Source: Carcharhinus amblyrhynchos
Taxonomy: Eukaryota
Assembly: GCA_965287045.1 (NCBI GenBank)
Contig: OZ336890.1
Location: forward strand, 27,528,001-27,592,000
Length of the DNA stretch: 64,000 nucleotides
Direction of reading: 5' to 3'
A model generated the notes under the pieces. The model was given only the letters and a program-made list of their open reading frames with translations. It was not told the origin of the DNA and made no database searches. Every line of letters begins with the position of its first letter. Within the stretch, counting starts at the first letter, position 1. Below are positions 25,258 to 39,930 of this stretch, piece after piece. Made by a program: the position numbers and the translations under genes.

Positions 25258-25472
25258 TCACTATCTGTGCAGAGTCTGCACGTTTCCCCTGTGTCTGCGT
25301 GGGTTTCCTCCTACAGTCCGAAAGATGTGCTGGTTGGGTGCATCGGCCATGCTAAATTCTCTCTCTGTGTACCTGATCAGGCGCCAGAGTGTGGCAACTG
25401 GGGGTTTTCGCAGTAACTTCATTGCAATATTGATGTAAGCCTACTTGTCGCACGAATAAACAAACTTTAAAC
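25258..25472 (+). mobile_element. HE1/V-SINE-like element, 5'-truncated, tail type B
   Basis: Core plus type B tail. Confidence 0.88.
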
Positions 25473-25994
25473 CTTATGTTCCTTTTCTTTTACTGGATTT
25501 TTGTGATCAGATTCCTTGGTTATAAACATATTTATAACAGCTGAACAACAGTTGATTTACTTCTCGTGATTGGCCGTAAAAGAAAATCAACTAGAACTTC
25601 CTAGAAGGTATCAGGTGAATACAAGCTATTTCCCTGCAGCTGAGAAATAATCATGTCAATCAACTTACTTGAATCTAAAACTCCTGCAGAGTGGTTACAG
25701 AGTAATAATGGGGCTAAGGAAGAGCTTGCTGATCAATCTCTGGCAATTTGTGTACAGATGGGGATAAAATCAAAACGTGCAGAGCAAGCATATGTTTCTT
25801 TTCTCCTGCTATTCTCCATAGAAGCTACCCTTAATCTCAGCCGAAACTTTCTAGCAGGCACTTACTTGCCTGAAGGAAGACATGATAATTGCAGAGTTTT
25901 GTTCACTGACGTGGACCTTTTGCAATCCACTGGTGAACTGAGCATCACTAAAGTTGTTGGCCCCAATCCTTTAGGTCTCCAGGGCCTTGCTGGC

Positions 25995-26948
25995 AGCAGG
26001 AGTGGGTCAGAAATTCCACCCTTGACCTCACCCACACGAATCACATCATGCTTGTGTTACACACATTGAACTTTACAAGACGGTTCTGTTTTAAAATGCC
26101 TCCTTCAATTTAAGGTGGAATTGAATGCTCCGGACTGGGTGGGGTGGTGGCATTCTAACTCTGCCCAGAGACAGGCCCATGTGATCTGGTAGGTATGGGG
26201 AAATAAACCCAAATTGGGACCTATTAAAAATCAAGGGACTGTTTTCACACCTTGACAAAGAGGGGCACAGCTGTTTTGTGAACGCAACTTTGTGTTAGTG
26301 TCACAAGCAGGCTTACATCAACACTGCAATGAAGTTACTGTGAAAATCCCCTAGCAGCCACACTTTGGCGTCTATTTGGGTAGATGAAGAGAGATAGACA
26401 AAAGGCACTGCTGCTTTGGGAGAAGAAACAGCTACTTCCATCAAGAGCAAGGTGAACAGCTCTTATGTTAAGAGGAGCGGCGCAATGATTAGAACTGTTG
26501 CCTCACAGCTTCAGGGACCTAGGTTTAATTCCAGCCTCAGGTGACTGTGTGGAATTTACACATTCTCCCTGTGTCTCCAGGTGCTTCGATTTCCTCCCAC
26601 CATCCAAAGATGTGCAGTTTAGGTGGATTAGCCATGAAAAATTGCCTCTTATTATAGGGGGATTAGTAGGGTATACACTTGAGGCTGTGGGGATAGGGCC
26701 CGGGCGTGAAAACAGTCACTTGATTATCAATAGGTCTCGGATTGGGTTTATTTCCCCATACCTAGCAGATCACATGGGCCTGTCTCTGGGCAGAATTAGT
26801 ATGCCACCAACCCCTAATCTAGAACATTCTATTTCACCCTAAATTAAAGGAGGCATTTTAAAACAGAACCATCCTGTAAAGTTCAAGGTGTGTAACACAA
26901 CTATGATGTGGGTGAGGTCAAGGGTGGAAATTTTGGCCAATTTCTGCT
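25995..26948. repeat. Inverted repeat, ~250 bp arms (25995-26251 / 26702-26948)
   Basis: e.g. TCTGCCCAGAGACAGGCCCATGTGATCTG versus CAGATCACATGGGCCTGTCTCTGGGCAGA; colinear similarity over both arms. Confidence 0.92.
26290..26382 (-). mobile_element. SINE tail type B fragment
   Basis: TTAGTGTCACAAGCAGGCTTACATCAACACTGCAATGAAGTTACTGTGAAAATCCCCTAG. Confidence 0.85.
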
Positions 26949-26992
26949 CGATGGGCCGAATGGCCTCCTTCTGCACTGTAGGAATTCTATGT
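26474..26992 (+). mobile_element. HE1/V-SINE-like element, tail type A, carrying a ~250 bp internal insertion
   Basis: Head and core to GGGATAGGGCCCGGG (~26704); tail resumes CTCGATGGGCCGAATGGCCTCC at ~26947. Confidence 0.88.
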
Positions 26993-28916
26993 TTCGATTA
27001 ATTAAGCAGAAGGCTTGAAAAAGTTAGTTTTCTGTTCAAAAGGAAGGGAACAGGAGTGAAAGAGCTTTGATATTTAAGGAACAAGGAGTTGTCGAAATGG
27101 GCCTTGCTGATAAATGTTAATGCTGGAATACTCCAGCTAAGTGGAGCCATTTTTGGAGGTTATCAGTAGATTCGATCTGTCGTGGCAGGGAGAAGTAAGT
27201 GGCAGTACCTTAGGACTGTCCATCTACCACCCAGGCAGTGTACAGTAAATGAAGTTGAAAAGAGAAACCCCAGTGATGTTAATTAGTTAATGTGGAAGTA
27301 ACTTTCCTTTCATTTGCCTGGTTATGGTGTGTGAAAGATGCTATAGAAATGCAAGTTCTTTGTTTTCTCTTGAACATATGACAATGATTTTGAAAGTAAA
27401 GAAGAGACAAATAAAAGAAACACAAAATACCAAAACCTTCCATTACAAGACATCTGCATCTGAATCCATAAAAATGTGGAGTGGAGACAAGTTTTTCATC
27501 TGTTTTATTGACTATAAGCAATTTTAATGGTTTGGATCTGGCTCCAACATGGAGAAGCTTGATTAGGTTGTGTCATACTTAATCGAGTAGCTGATCCGAA
27601 GCCAATTCACTCACTGTTGATAAAAATGGAAAGCAGACTATATGTGCTCGCCCACTTGCAAGAGCAATGTATCCCTGTTAATAATCTGGTTTCAAAGTCA
27701 AGCTAATGCAAGGATCACATCCCAATCTGAATGACAAACCTACTAAAGAAACCCCAAATATATGATCCCAGTCATTAAGTCAACTCCACCTGGCAATGGC
27801 GCAAACTCACATGCCTGTCAGCCTCTAATTACGCCACTTGGGAGAGACAAAAAAAAATGCTGAAAAAAATCTTGTTGCCAATTCAGAAAAAACTGGGAAA
27901 TTCTACCTTCTGCTTCCTAACACAGGGTGCCAGGCGAACGAAAGGTCATGATGACAGCTAACTAAATCCAACTGAAATGTGCTCTTCTCTTAGGAAGTTA
28001 ATCTCCTCTTCAAAGCGCTGTAACAACTCCTTGCCCAGCACATATTTTGGTAAACTGTTCCAGAGGGGGATGACTTTCTGGAAAAATATATATTTTCTGG
28101 CACCTATCCTAGCTCTGGCAAATGTTTTTTTATGCAAACTCTCCAGCGAACCCCTTCATTGTTTCATTAAGTGCAACACTCCCACCTTTAGTCTATATTT
28201 CTCCACAGTAAGTACCGCTAGCTCTTGAAGCCTGTCCTTATAATTAGAGTTCAAGGGTTGGATATCATTAGTTCACCCTCCTCTGCACCTTTTCTGGAGA
28301 CTCAATGTCCTTCACGATGTCAGAGAACCAAAACTGGATGCAGTGCAGAGCAACAAGGGTCTTATTCACCCAAGTGTACTACTTTGTACTTGATGGTTCA
28401 AGCAACATAATCTAAACCACTATTTTTTACTGCTTCTGCACTTTCAATGATACTGCATTTGTCCACATCATCTGCAAAAAGGCAGACCCAATTCCCTAAC
28501 TTGTCTTGAGTGATCCGAAAATCACAGATCTGGTCCGAGTTACTGGTCAGTAAATTTTGATATTGTGTATATTTCTGGGAGGTAGGAACATTGGTAAAAA
28601 ATATTTGCAATTCCGATGGGGATACCATTTGGGATCGCAAGAATGTTGAGTAAAGGTATTAAAAATATAGGATTGCATTTTTATAACGATGAATGCCAAA
28701 TAAGTAAAAAAGCAAAGGGGACAATGTCAATGTTATAGCACCTGGGGAGGGCTCAGTTTCCAGAACCAATTCTTCAGGTTTCTATCCCCATTACCCTCTA
28801 CTAGAAATGACAAAAAAGTGTAACTAACTGTTTGAGTACTGGATTGCAACAGCCACCCAGAGTGCATGATCCCAGGGAGTCAGTGTCATCAGGAGAAAAA
28901 GAGAAAACAGTTGCTA

Positions 28917-29039
28917 GGCAACCACGGTGTCACAGTGGTTAATACTGCTGCCTCACAGTGCCAGGGACCTGGGTTCGATTCCTGGCTTGGGTCACCATCT
29001 GCGGAGTCTGCACATTCTGCCCGTGCCTACGTGGGTTTC
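28917..29039 (+). mobile_element. HE1-like SINE 5' half, truncated at a CR1 3' end
   Basis: Head with GGTTCGATTCC B box; core stops at GTGGGTTTC. Confidence 0.85.
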
Positions 29040-29698
29040 AAAGAACAAAGAAAATTACAGCACAGGAACAGTCCCTTCAGCCCTCCAAGCCTGCACTGAC
29101 CATGCGGCCTGACTCAACTAAAACCCCCTACCTTTCTGGGGACCATATCCCCCTATTCCCATCCTGTTCACGTATTTGTCAAGATGCCCCTTGAAAGTTA
29201 CTACCGTTTCCACTTCTACTACTTCCCCGGCAATGAGTTCCAGGCATCCACCACCCTCTGTGTAAAAAATCTGCCTCGCACATCTCCTTTAAACCTTGCC
29301 CCTCGTGCCTCCGAGTAATTGACTCTTCCACCCTGGGAAAAAGCTTCTGATGAAACTCTCTGTCCATGCCCCTCATAATCTTGTAGACTTCTATCAGGTC
29401 ACCCCTCAACCTCCATCGTTCCAATGAGAACAAACCAAGTCTCTCCAATCTCTCCTCTTAGCTCATGCTCTCCATACTAGGCAATATCCTGGTAAATCTT
29501 TTCTGTACCTTCTCCAAAGCCTCCATCTCCTTCTGGTAGTGTGATGACCAGAATTGAACATTATATTCCAAGTGCGGCCTAACAAATGTTCTATAAAGCT
29601 GCAACATTACTTGCCAATTTTTAAACTCAATGCCCCGGCCATTGAAGGCAAGCATGCTGTATGCCTTCTTGGCTACCTTCTCCACCTGCGTTGCCACT
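29039..29698 (-). mobile_element. Relatively young CR1 LINE 3' fragment with (TTCTTTG) tail
   Basis: ORFs QVEKVAKKAYSMLAF..RGIEFK...VMLQLYRTFVRPHLEY.VQFWS.HYQK..EALEKVQKRFTR.LP and ERLGLFSLE.WRLRGDLIEVYKIMRGMDR. Confidence 0.93.
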
Positions 29699-30200
29699 TG
29701 CGGAGAGGTGGTAGAAGAAGTTCAATGCAAAGAAATGTGAAATGATTTATTTCTGATAGGAAGAACATAGAAATGTAATACAAAATAAAGGGCACAACTA
29801 AAAGGGGGTGCAGGAACAAAAGGGCTTGGGTATATAAGTCACTGAAGGTGACAGGATAGGTTGAGAAAGTAGTTAATAAAGTGTACGGTATATAAATTAA
29901 TAGAGGCACAGAGTACAAGAGTAAAGAGGCTATGTTGAAATGATGAAGGACACTAATTTGGCCTCAGCTGGAGTATTGTGTTCAGTTCTGGGCATCGCAC
30001 TTAAGGAACAATGTGAAGGCTTTGGAAACAGTACAAAAAAGAGGCACAAGAATGGTTACAAAGGTGAGAAACTTCAGAGAAGAAAATAGATTGGATAGAT
30101 AATTAGAACTATTTTTCTTTGAGAAAAGAAGGCCGAGAGGAGATTTGAAAGAGATTCAAAATCATGAGGGGCCTGCATTCATTAGATAAAGAGAAATTAT
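29699..30200 (+). mobile_element. Older CR1 LINE fragment
   Basis: Remnants PQLEYCVQFWASHLR..V.ALE.VQK and LFFFEKRR.RGDL. Confidence 0.85.
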
Positions 30201-30469
30201 CGGCACAGTAGCACAGTGGTTAGTACTGCTGCTTCACAGCTCCAGGGGCTCGGGTTTGATTCCCGGCTTGGGTCACTGTCTGTGTGGAGTTTGCATATTC
30301 TCCTCATGTCTGTGTGGGTTACCTCTGGGTGCTCCGGTTTCCTCCCACAGTCCAAAGATGTGTGGGTTAGGTTGATTGGCCATGCTAAAAATTGCCCTTA
30401 GATGCGTAGATTAGAGATTGTAGTGGGTAAATGTGGGGGGATGTAGGGGTAGAGCCTGGGTGGGATTTT
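30201..30469 (+). mobile_element. HE1/V-SINE-like element, type A, 3'-truncated
   Basis: Near-consensus head and core, ends at GGGTGGGATT. Confidence 0.9.
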
Positions 30470-32464
30470 CCTTCCTTCTGTCAAAATCTTTGTCAAAAAC
30501 TGACGGCTGCATCCTCATGAGAATCAAGTTGTGCAGCAGGTAGGCAACCATCAGAAATTTGGCGACATGTTCTAGCGATCAATCTGGCAGTGGAACCATA
30601 GGTTTAGAATGCTGATGGTTTGCTCCACACATTCCTGGTAACAGATGTGCACTTCCCATTTGTGTTCGGAGGCGGATGAGATTTATGAGCTAAGTATAGA
30701 GTATAGCCCTTGTCATCAGAAAGCCAGATTCTGGTTGGTCATAGTGGCTCAAATGTGGGATTGGCACAGGATAAAAGAATTGTGGCTCCTGTTAGGATAG
30801 TGGGTATTCGGTGCATGTATATGTATAAACTGCCTGTTAAGGAAGTGAGATCCCTTACTGTTCTGGTACAGTACCTTACCCTGTTGAGATGTGTATTGGC
30901 AGGGCCATGTATGAGCAGCCAATTGTTCTCTTCAGCTTTCTGAGTGCAACAATGTCTCTAAACTCCTTCAGCAACACTGAACACAGACTTCCACTCTGCG
31001 GTGCAAGAAAAATGTCAAAGGCCATCTCAACTGAGAGCCCCATGCTAATCTGTTTAAATTGCACTAGTGCTATTTAAACAGGAGTGTTGGTGTTCCCATG
31101 GACAACTGAGCACATGCACAGCTGAGAGTTTTTAAGTGAAGGCTTTAACAGGACCACAACACGAAAATTCATCATTTGATGTTGAGTGATGTCTATGACT
31201 CTACATGCTTCCAGTATACACACAGCTTGCTCGTGATAACACTTCCAAACATGGCTCTCCATGTAGGCTGCCTCAGATACGGTCATTTTGGGGTCTTTAG
31301 ACTCCTGTAGTGCCAACACCAGCAGATGCCCCAGTCTCTTCAAAATTCTCTGACACCCTATCTTCTCTTTCTCCTACACCCTCTTCTCTCTTGATGTCGA
31401 CTTTGTAAAGCACTCAGTTTTTCTATTGCATGAGGAGTAATGTATCAATAACATTTACTGTGAAATGAAAGTGATTTCAATTTTACATTCGAAAACTCAT
31501 TGATGTGAAAATGTTGAATGAAAACAGTTGATATCTGGCAATGAAGAGTACAACCAAAGTCATTCCTAATATTTTAAAACAATTCTGGATTTTCAAGTCT
31601 ACAGGCTGAATGTAATAGACACTGTCTCTCGTTCTTCTGAACACCCACATTTAAGTTTGGCCAGTCACTGGGTAATGTGAGAGTTGTTACTGGGAGCAAA
31701 TGTCTGGAATTGTGTTGGGTTAGTTAAATCCCAGATGAAAGCCAGATCCCATGGCAGCTAATTTGAAAACCCTTCCTCTGGAAAGCCTAGTGTTTGAGCA
31801 GAGCATGGCACAGCATGTGGTCCTCTTTGGAGTAAATTGCACAGCTTGGAAAATAATGGGGCCCTCAGTTAAGTGGATTCACAATGTAATTGGCTCAGTG
31901 TTCGAACATAGTCACCCTCACACCTAAAATCTGAAGAATGTACAAAGAACATTTTCTGAAAATGTTAGCAGTATTTTTCAGGTTGGTTAGCCCTGGAGAC
32001 TGATGTCATATTCCCAGATGTTAGGATGTTGCTTTTTCTGTTATCCATCTATGTTTCTTTCCGCAGGCTTTCCTGTATCATTCCTGGTTTTCTGTTCTTA
32101 ATTTACTGCATATCCACACAAGAAAGTTTCCATTTAATTTTCCCTGTATTACTATTTAATTTTCATTCTTTCTTCCCTGTCCCAGTACCAAAAGACAGCC
32201 ATTCTCTGGCGGATAGTTTCGGAAGGCTATGTGGCTGGTCTCCGGGAATGGGCAGCCCTGCCTCGGATCAACTCAGATGAGTAATGCTGTGGCACATCCT
32301 GTCCTTCTATGTAACATGCACTATCCGATTCTCATATGAATCCTAATGCGGAGAACTGTGCAAGATCCGGAATGCGTCTGCAACAACCATGTCACATCAG
32401 CAATCTGACTTACACTGACGCCAATATTGTTGAGTCACATCCATTTGCCCAAGTTTTTGTTTTT

Positions 32465-32768
32465 TTAAAGTTTATTTATTGGTGTCACAAGTAGGCTTAC
32501 ATTCACACTGTAATGAAGTTATTGTGAAAATCCCCCAGTTGCCACACTCTGGCTGGCTTGTGTTCGGGTACACTAAGGGAGAATTTAGCATGGCCAATGC
32601 ACCTAACCGACACGGCTTCTGGACTGTGGAAGGAAATCAGGGGCACCTGGAGGAAACATGGGGAGAACAGGTAGACTCTGCACAGACAGTGACCCAAGCT
32701 GGGAATCAAACCCAGGTTCCTGGCACTGTGAAGCAGCAGTGCTAACCACTGTGCTGCCTTAGCGCCCC
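32465..32768 (-). mobile_element. HE1/V-SINE-like element, tail type B
   Basis: AAAGTTTATTTATTGGTGTCACAAGTAGGC..GCAGCAGTGCTAACCACTGTGC. Confidence 0.9.
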
Positions 32769-34969
32769 TAAGTGAACTATCTTTACAAAGTAGAGACTTG
32801 GGCTTGATTGTTGGGGTTGATTGATTTGATACAGAATTAATACTCAGCTATCCCTTCATTGTTGCAGCATTTTTGCATCATAATTCCAGAGAATTCTGCT
32901 CCTTCCTCTCACTCCCACTGTTGATTCTTTCTATTTTGATCCCTGACCAATGTCGCAATGCAGTTTGTTGACCTCCCCCCAGGCATCAAATGCCCTCATT
33001 GGATATAAACTGACTATCCCGCCCCATCTCATAGTGATCCCATAACTCACTGGGAACAAAAATCACATTGAGAGCAAATGGTAATGTATAGAGAAGGATA
33101 GAGATGGGGGTGGGGAGGGGAGGTGGGGGAGGGGGGAGGGAAGAACTACGATTATCCCCGCAAATGTTAATAATACAACTTTCTTCTAAATGGGTCTTTG
33201 AGTAGTCAAAGTCTGTTTCCAGTGTTCAGTATCTGGTTGCACAGTCTGCTGAGACTTGTATTAGCCTCTGGATATTATGAGAAGGGACCGTGAGAATCAC
33301 TCAGTGTTTCTTCTGAGATTGGCTGTTTCATAATGTATGAATTCATCTAGTAATTACATAATAAATACAGCAGTGTTTTATATAGTGTAAGAGGTAATTT
33401 CCATTTATAGCAGTCTGTGCTTGAGTTAAAGCTAGGAAATTGAACCTTCGTCCAGATTAACCCCTGCCTAACTTCTAGTAAGTAGAACTGCGGGATAGTT
33501 TAGCATGATGTGATTATTATAAATATTCCATGAGCTTTATATATTCTACCAGTCTCCTGCAATGGAGGTTAATTAATAAATTCACTTATTCATGTTAACA
33601 CAATCAATCTCCCATAGTCAAAGGATTACAAGTTAGATTTGTGCTATGATATAATACAATCAGAAATGATGAGGAATAAATACATGAACCCTTAATATGT
33701 TAGCATGAATTCCTTTGTTATGTTAACAAATGGGCTAAGGCCTCTTTGAGATAATGAACAATGTGATTTCATATGAATATGTTCCAATATTGTACAGAGC
33801 AACTTCTAAGTTCTGGTGCTCTGTCAGGTGAACTGAATAAGTCTGAAGAGTGGCAAAACGCACATAATGGCACTAAGGTAGGATGACTGATTTGGTTAAT
33901 ACAGTTTATTTCCATCCAGTTACGTTTGAAGACAACTCCTCCTCCCAACAATAAAAGCACATCAATTGGGCAGCACACATGTGTCAGTGAAGGAGACATT
34001 GCTGGTGCATGCAATGAGAGTGGAAAAAATGCCACAAATGAGGGAGAAGGAGCCAGAGTGAGAGACAGAGCTTGTGATCTTTAAGGGACACAATATTGGA
34101 GAAAGTGTCTTACTCAGGAGATTCTCTGTTTGATTGACTTGCATTGCCTTCCAGCATTTCCCCCCATCACCATTTCCCCCTTCTGCCTCTTTGCACTGCG
34201 TGCTATCCACTAGCTGGCTTTCAATGCTTACACTTTATTTTGCATAACTAGGAAATCACTGTCCATTGGTTAAGATATTGGTGGCTATTTTTCTTTATTT
34301 GGCATTCCTCACAGGGAGTCAATTATGAGTCAAATCTTGACTCATAATAGAAATCTTTGCTCAATATACAAGAAATCCTTGCCCAGTATATGTAAACAAG
34401 AGAAAAAGGCATGTGGTGTATCATCAAATAGATTGGACTTGCAGCTTCAGCTACAACTGAGCTCTGTAACCACAGGCTTGTAAAACTAGGGTCCTGACCA
34501 TACATGATTATTTTGCAAATATCACAAACGTTCCAAGGAGAATAAACTTGTTGCGCTTTGCAAGGACATTCAATGCCCAAGATTTAAGGAGTACTCTAGT
34601 GGAACATGAAATCTCTGAAGAAGATAGTGCTTTATCTTATTCCCAGAAACAAGAAATGCTGACGTCTCCCACGTTAATAGTTTGTACTGTCCAGCTGGAG
34701 GGTGAATTATGTCATAACCTATTTACATTACAATACTTCTTTCACACCTAGAGTTAAGGATGTTTCTAAATAATGAGGGAGAGTTTTGCCTTATGCCTGG
34801 ATTTCAGTTCAAGAAGGGAAGTTGCGTCAGGAGACTGTAACCTTTATTCCATTCCAGTTAAGGAAAGGCAGGCTCTGTAAGTAGGGTTTGTTAACCCGAG
34901 CACAACTGTCCTTTGCATTTTGCCCCATGGTGTTCAATACTGCAGCATTCAGCTCCCCAAATCTGCACT

Positions 34970-35316
34970 GCCATTGAATTAAATCATAGCTGATCAGTGT
35001 CTCAACTCCATTAATCCATCATCGCTCCCTATTTATTCACTGATGTATCTCACACAAATCTATCGTTTTCACTGTTGCAAGCTCCAATTTTAAGCAGCCT
35101 TTCGGGGGAAGAGTGTTCTGGATTTTGACTAACCTTTGTGTGAAGAGATACTTCTTGAGTTTTCTTCCGAATGACCCAGCATTACTTCTAAATTGTGCCC
35201 CTTGTCCTTGATTCCTCCACCAAAGGCGATAATTTCTCTGAATGTACACCATCAGATCATTTTTACAGATCTCGATCAGATCATCTTTCAGTCTCCCATA
35301 GTCAAAGGGTTACAAG
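34970..35316 (-). mobile_element. Degraded CR1 3' fragment
   Basis: K.YLFTQRLVKI.N.LP remnant on the minus strand. Confidence 0.7.
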
Positions 35317-35393
35317 TTAGATTTGTGCTATGATATAAAAGCAAAATATTGCAGATGCTGGAAATTTGATATCAAAACAGAAGGTGTTGGAAA

Positions 35394-35688
35394 TCATAAA
35401 ATCTCTACACTGCAGAAGGAGGCCATTCAGCCCGTCACGTCTGCACTGACTCTTGAGGAGCATCTTACCTAGGCCCACTCTCTGGCCCTGTCCCCGTAAC
35501 CCCACGTATTTACCATGATTATTCCATCTAAACCATACATCTTTGGACTGTGGGAGGAAATCAGAGCATCCGGAGGAAACCCATGCAGACACGGGGAGAA
35601 TGTGCAAACTCCACACGGTGACCTGAGGCCAGAACTGAACCTTGGTCCCTGGTGCTTTGATACAGTAGTGCTTACCACTGTGCTGCCA
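35394..35688 (-). mobile_element. HE1/V-SINE-like element, tail type A
   Basis: Reverse complement of tail A, core and head. Confidence 0.88.
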
Positions 35689-35726
35689 TCTCATCTTGTG
35701 AAAAACACAGTTCAATTTGAAACATA

Positions 35727-36852
35727 GGCTGCGATTCTCCCATTGCGATCCGCAACTTTTCTGGCAGGTTGAGGTGGGAAATGCACGTCGCTGGCCTTGT
35801 ACCAGGTTTTGGACATGTGCCGGGAATGCATGCGCATCTCCCAGAGCTAGCGAACAGTCACTGGTCAGACCACGTTGGAAATCGGTGGGATGGCAGGTCA
35901 GTAATTTAAATCTATTTAAAATGTATTTTAAAAATGTTTGGCAGATCATCATCGGGAACTTTCAGGTCCTGATCGAATCTCTCATCCTGCCAGTAGTACT
36001 TCATTCTGGCAGGATTTACACTATTTTCCCACTTTTGGGGAACTAGCCAGAGACCCCACCAGAATGAAAGGGGAGGGGGTGCAATCAGGGCCCCCTAACC
36101 CTAACCCTAATCCCCAGGGGATTGGGTGATGGGGGTGATGCCCCCTGGGCATGGGCATCCTGGCAGTACTAGCCTGTATCCCCTGGCACTGCCCAAAGGA
36201 CAAAGTGCCCATTCCTAGGAGACACCTTGGCACTGTCTATCAGGCATTGGGCAGTGCCAAGGCAGTGGGGCTATTGTGGGTGGGGCCGAGGAGTGATTGG
36301 TAGAGTTGAAGGGCCCTGTTGCCAGGACAGGCTGCGGGGGTGGTCTGCCTGGGTTGGGGGGGGGGGAAGGGCCTGCTTCCCAAGGGGGTTCTGACCTAGG
36401 GGATTAGCGGCGAGAGGGCATTCTGCCGGGGTGAGGGGCTGGGGAGATTGCCAATGCTTGGAAGGGGCGGTCCGGGACCCACGGGGGGTGGGGTCAGTGC
36501 TGGCCTGGGAACCCTCATGGGGTCTGCGATCGGGCTGTGTCGGGGGGGGGGGGGGGGGGGGGGGGGAGCTGGAGGGGCAGTACTGTGGAGGTCACAGGCT
36601 GGCCAGCAATCGAGCTGGCCAGCAAAAAGGGGAGACTGACAGATCGGGACCACTATGCATGCGTGGACTTCCAGAACTGACAAACTTTGGCGTGAATGGG
36701 CCCCGCTCCCCTGGGGCCTTTAATGAGATTCATGACTGGGACTTTTACAGTGCACAGAGTACAGAGATTTAGGTGAGAAGCTGAACTGACAAAACAGTCA
36801 AGATTTAGAACAGTTTTCCCACCAATTCAGCACTTTTAAGAGAATTGCGGCC
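35727..36852. mobile_element. ~1.1 kb GC-rich non-autonomous DNA transposon with TIRs
   Basis: Left end GGCTGCGATTCTC, right end GAGAATTGCGGCC; abrupt rise in GC; no transposase ORF; contains a G25 run at 36542-36566. Confidence 0.65.
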
Positions 36853-36861
36853 ATGGACTCT

Positions 36862-37051
36862 GGGCAGGTTTTTCCCTCAACCCACCATCAGTTTTGCAGT
36901 AGCGAATGCAGCCCACCATTGGTAGGCAGTGGGACCTTCTCATCCGAGAATTTTCAGCTGGGTTTCCCCTTGAATGCACCGTTCACTGCTGGGACGCGCT
37001 GCCGGAGGGACCGGAAGATCCTACAACATGAGTGACCAGAAAATTCTGGCC
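36862..37051. mobile_element. Short MITE-like element adjacent to the 1.1 kb TIR element
   Basis: Ends GGGCAGGTTTTTCC / GAAAATTCTGGCC resemble the other short TIR elements. Confidence 0.45.
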
Positions 37052-37527
37052 TCTGTTTCTCTGTCCAGAAATGCTGAATACTTTCCAACACTTCCTGTTT
37101 TTTATTAGCTAAATTTATGCAATATGTTCTCCAGACTTAAACCTGCTAAGCACAGATGGTAATGGTGGAAATCTATCCCTGCACATTGGCTGCTATATTT
37201 AGACTTCCTTGGTTCTAAAACTGTGCCCTACTTTAGAAGGTTTATTAAAGTTAATCTGGACATAATGGAGAGAATGCATTGTTATTTCAAGTGTCCTTGC
37301 CCTGTATCAAACAGATACTTGCTCTACGTTACTTTTTCTTCAGCCAGATGTATCAGACTGTCGTCAAGCATAGCAAGAGCATCCAACCTTAACTTGCCAG
37401 TGGTTAGCTGGCAAAGGAATAGCCATGTAGCTACCTTAGCTTTCAGTTTAAAAAGAGGAGGTATCAAAACCAAGGGAATTTGTCCGGCTGGGAAGGCTAC
37501 CCGTGAGAAAGATAACACTTATCTTAC

Positions 37528-37581
37528 CGGCAGATTCTTCTGTGCTGCTGGCAGCAGTGGTAGGTGGGACCACCGGAATCT
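37528..37581 (-). CDS. NTN1: Netrin-1 internal coding exon (54 bp), linker between EGF repeats and NTR domain
   Basis: Translates (K)IPVVPPTTAASSTEESA(D), similar to netrin-1 IPVAPPTTAASS..EE and unlike netrin-2/3; acceptor tttccatAG, donor GTAAGA; joins both neighbouring exons in frame. Confidence 0.95.

Positions 37582-39930
<2,349 letters not shown>

Larger units (their letters stand above)
22059..37527 (-). other. NTN1: NTN1 intron (15469 bp), GT-AG
   Basis: Bounded by the GTAAGA donor and CAG acceptor of flanking exons. Confidence 0.9.

Noticed and set aside
35317-35952. Longest ORF in the track (211 aa)
   Set aside because: Runs across a TIR element, a SINE and a Penelope-like fragment; no protein-family features
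36542-36566. G25 homopolymer as a functional G-quadruplex
   Set aside because: It lies inside a transposon-like element, and long homopolymer lengths are unreliable in assemblies
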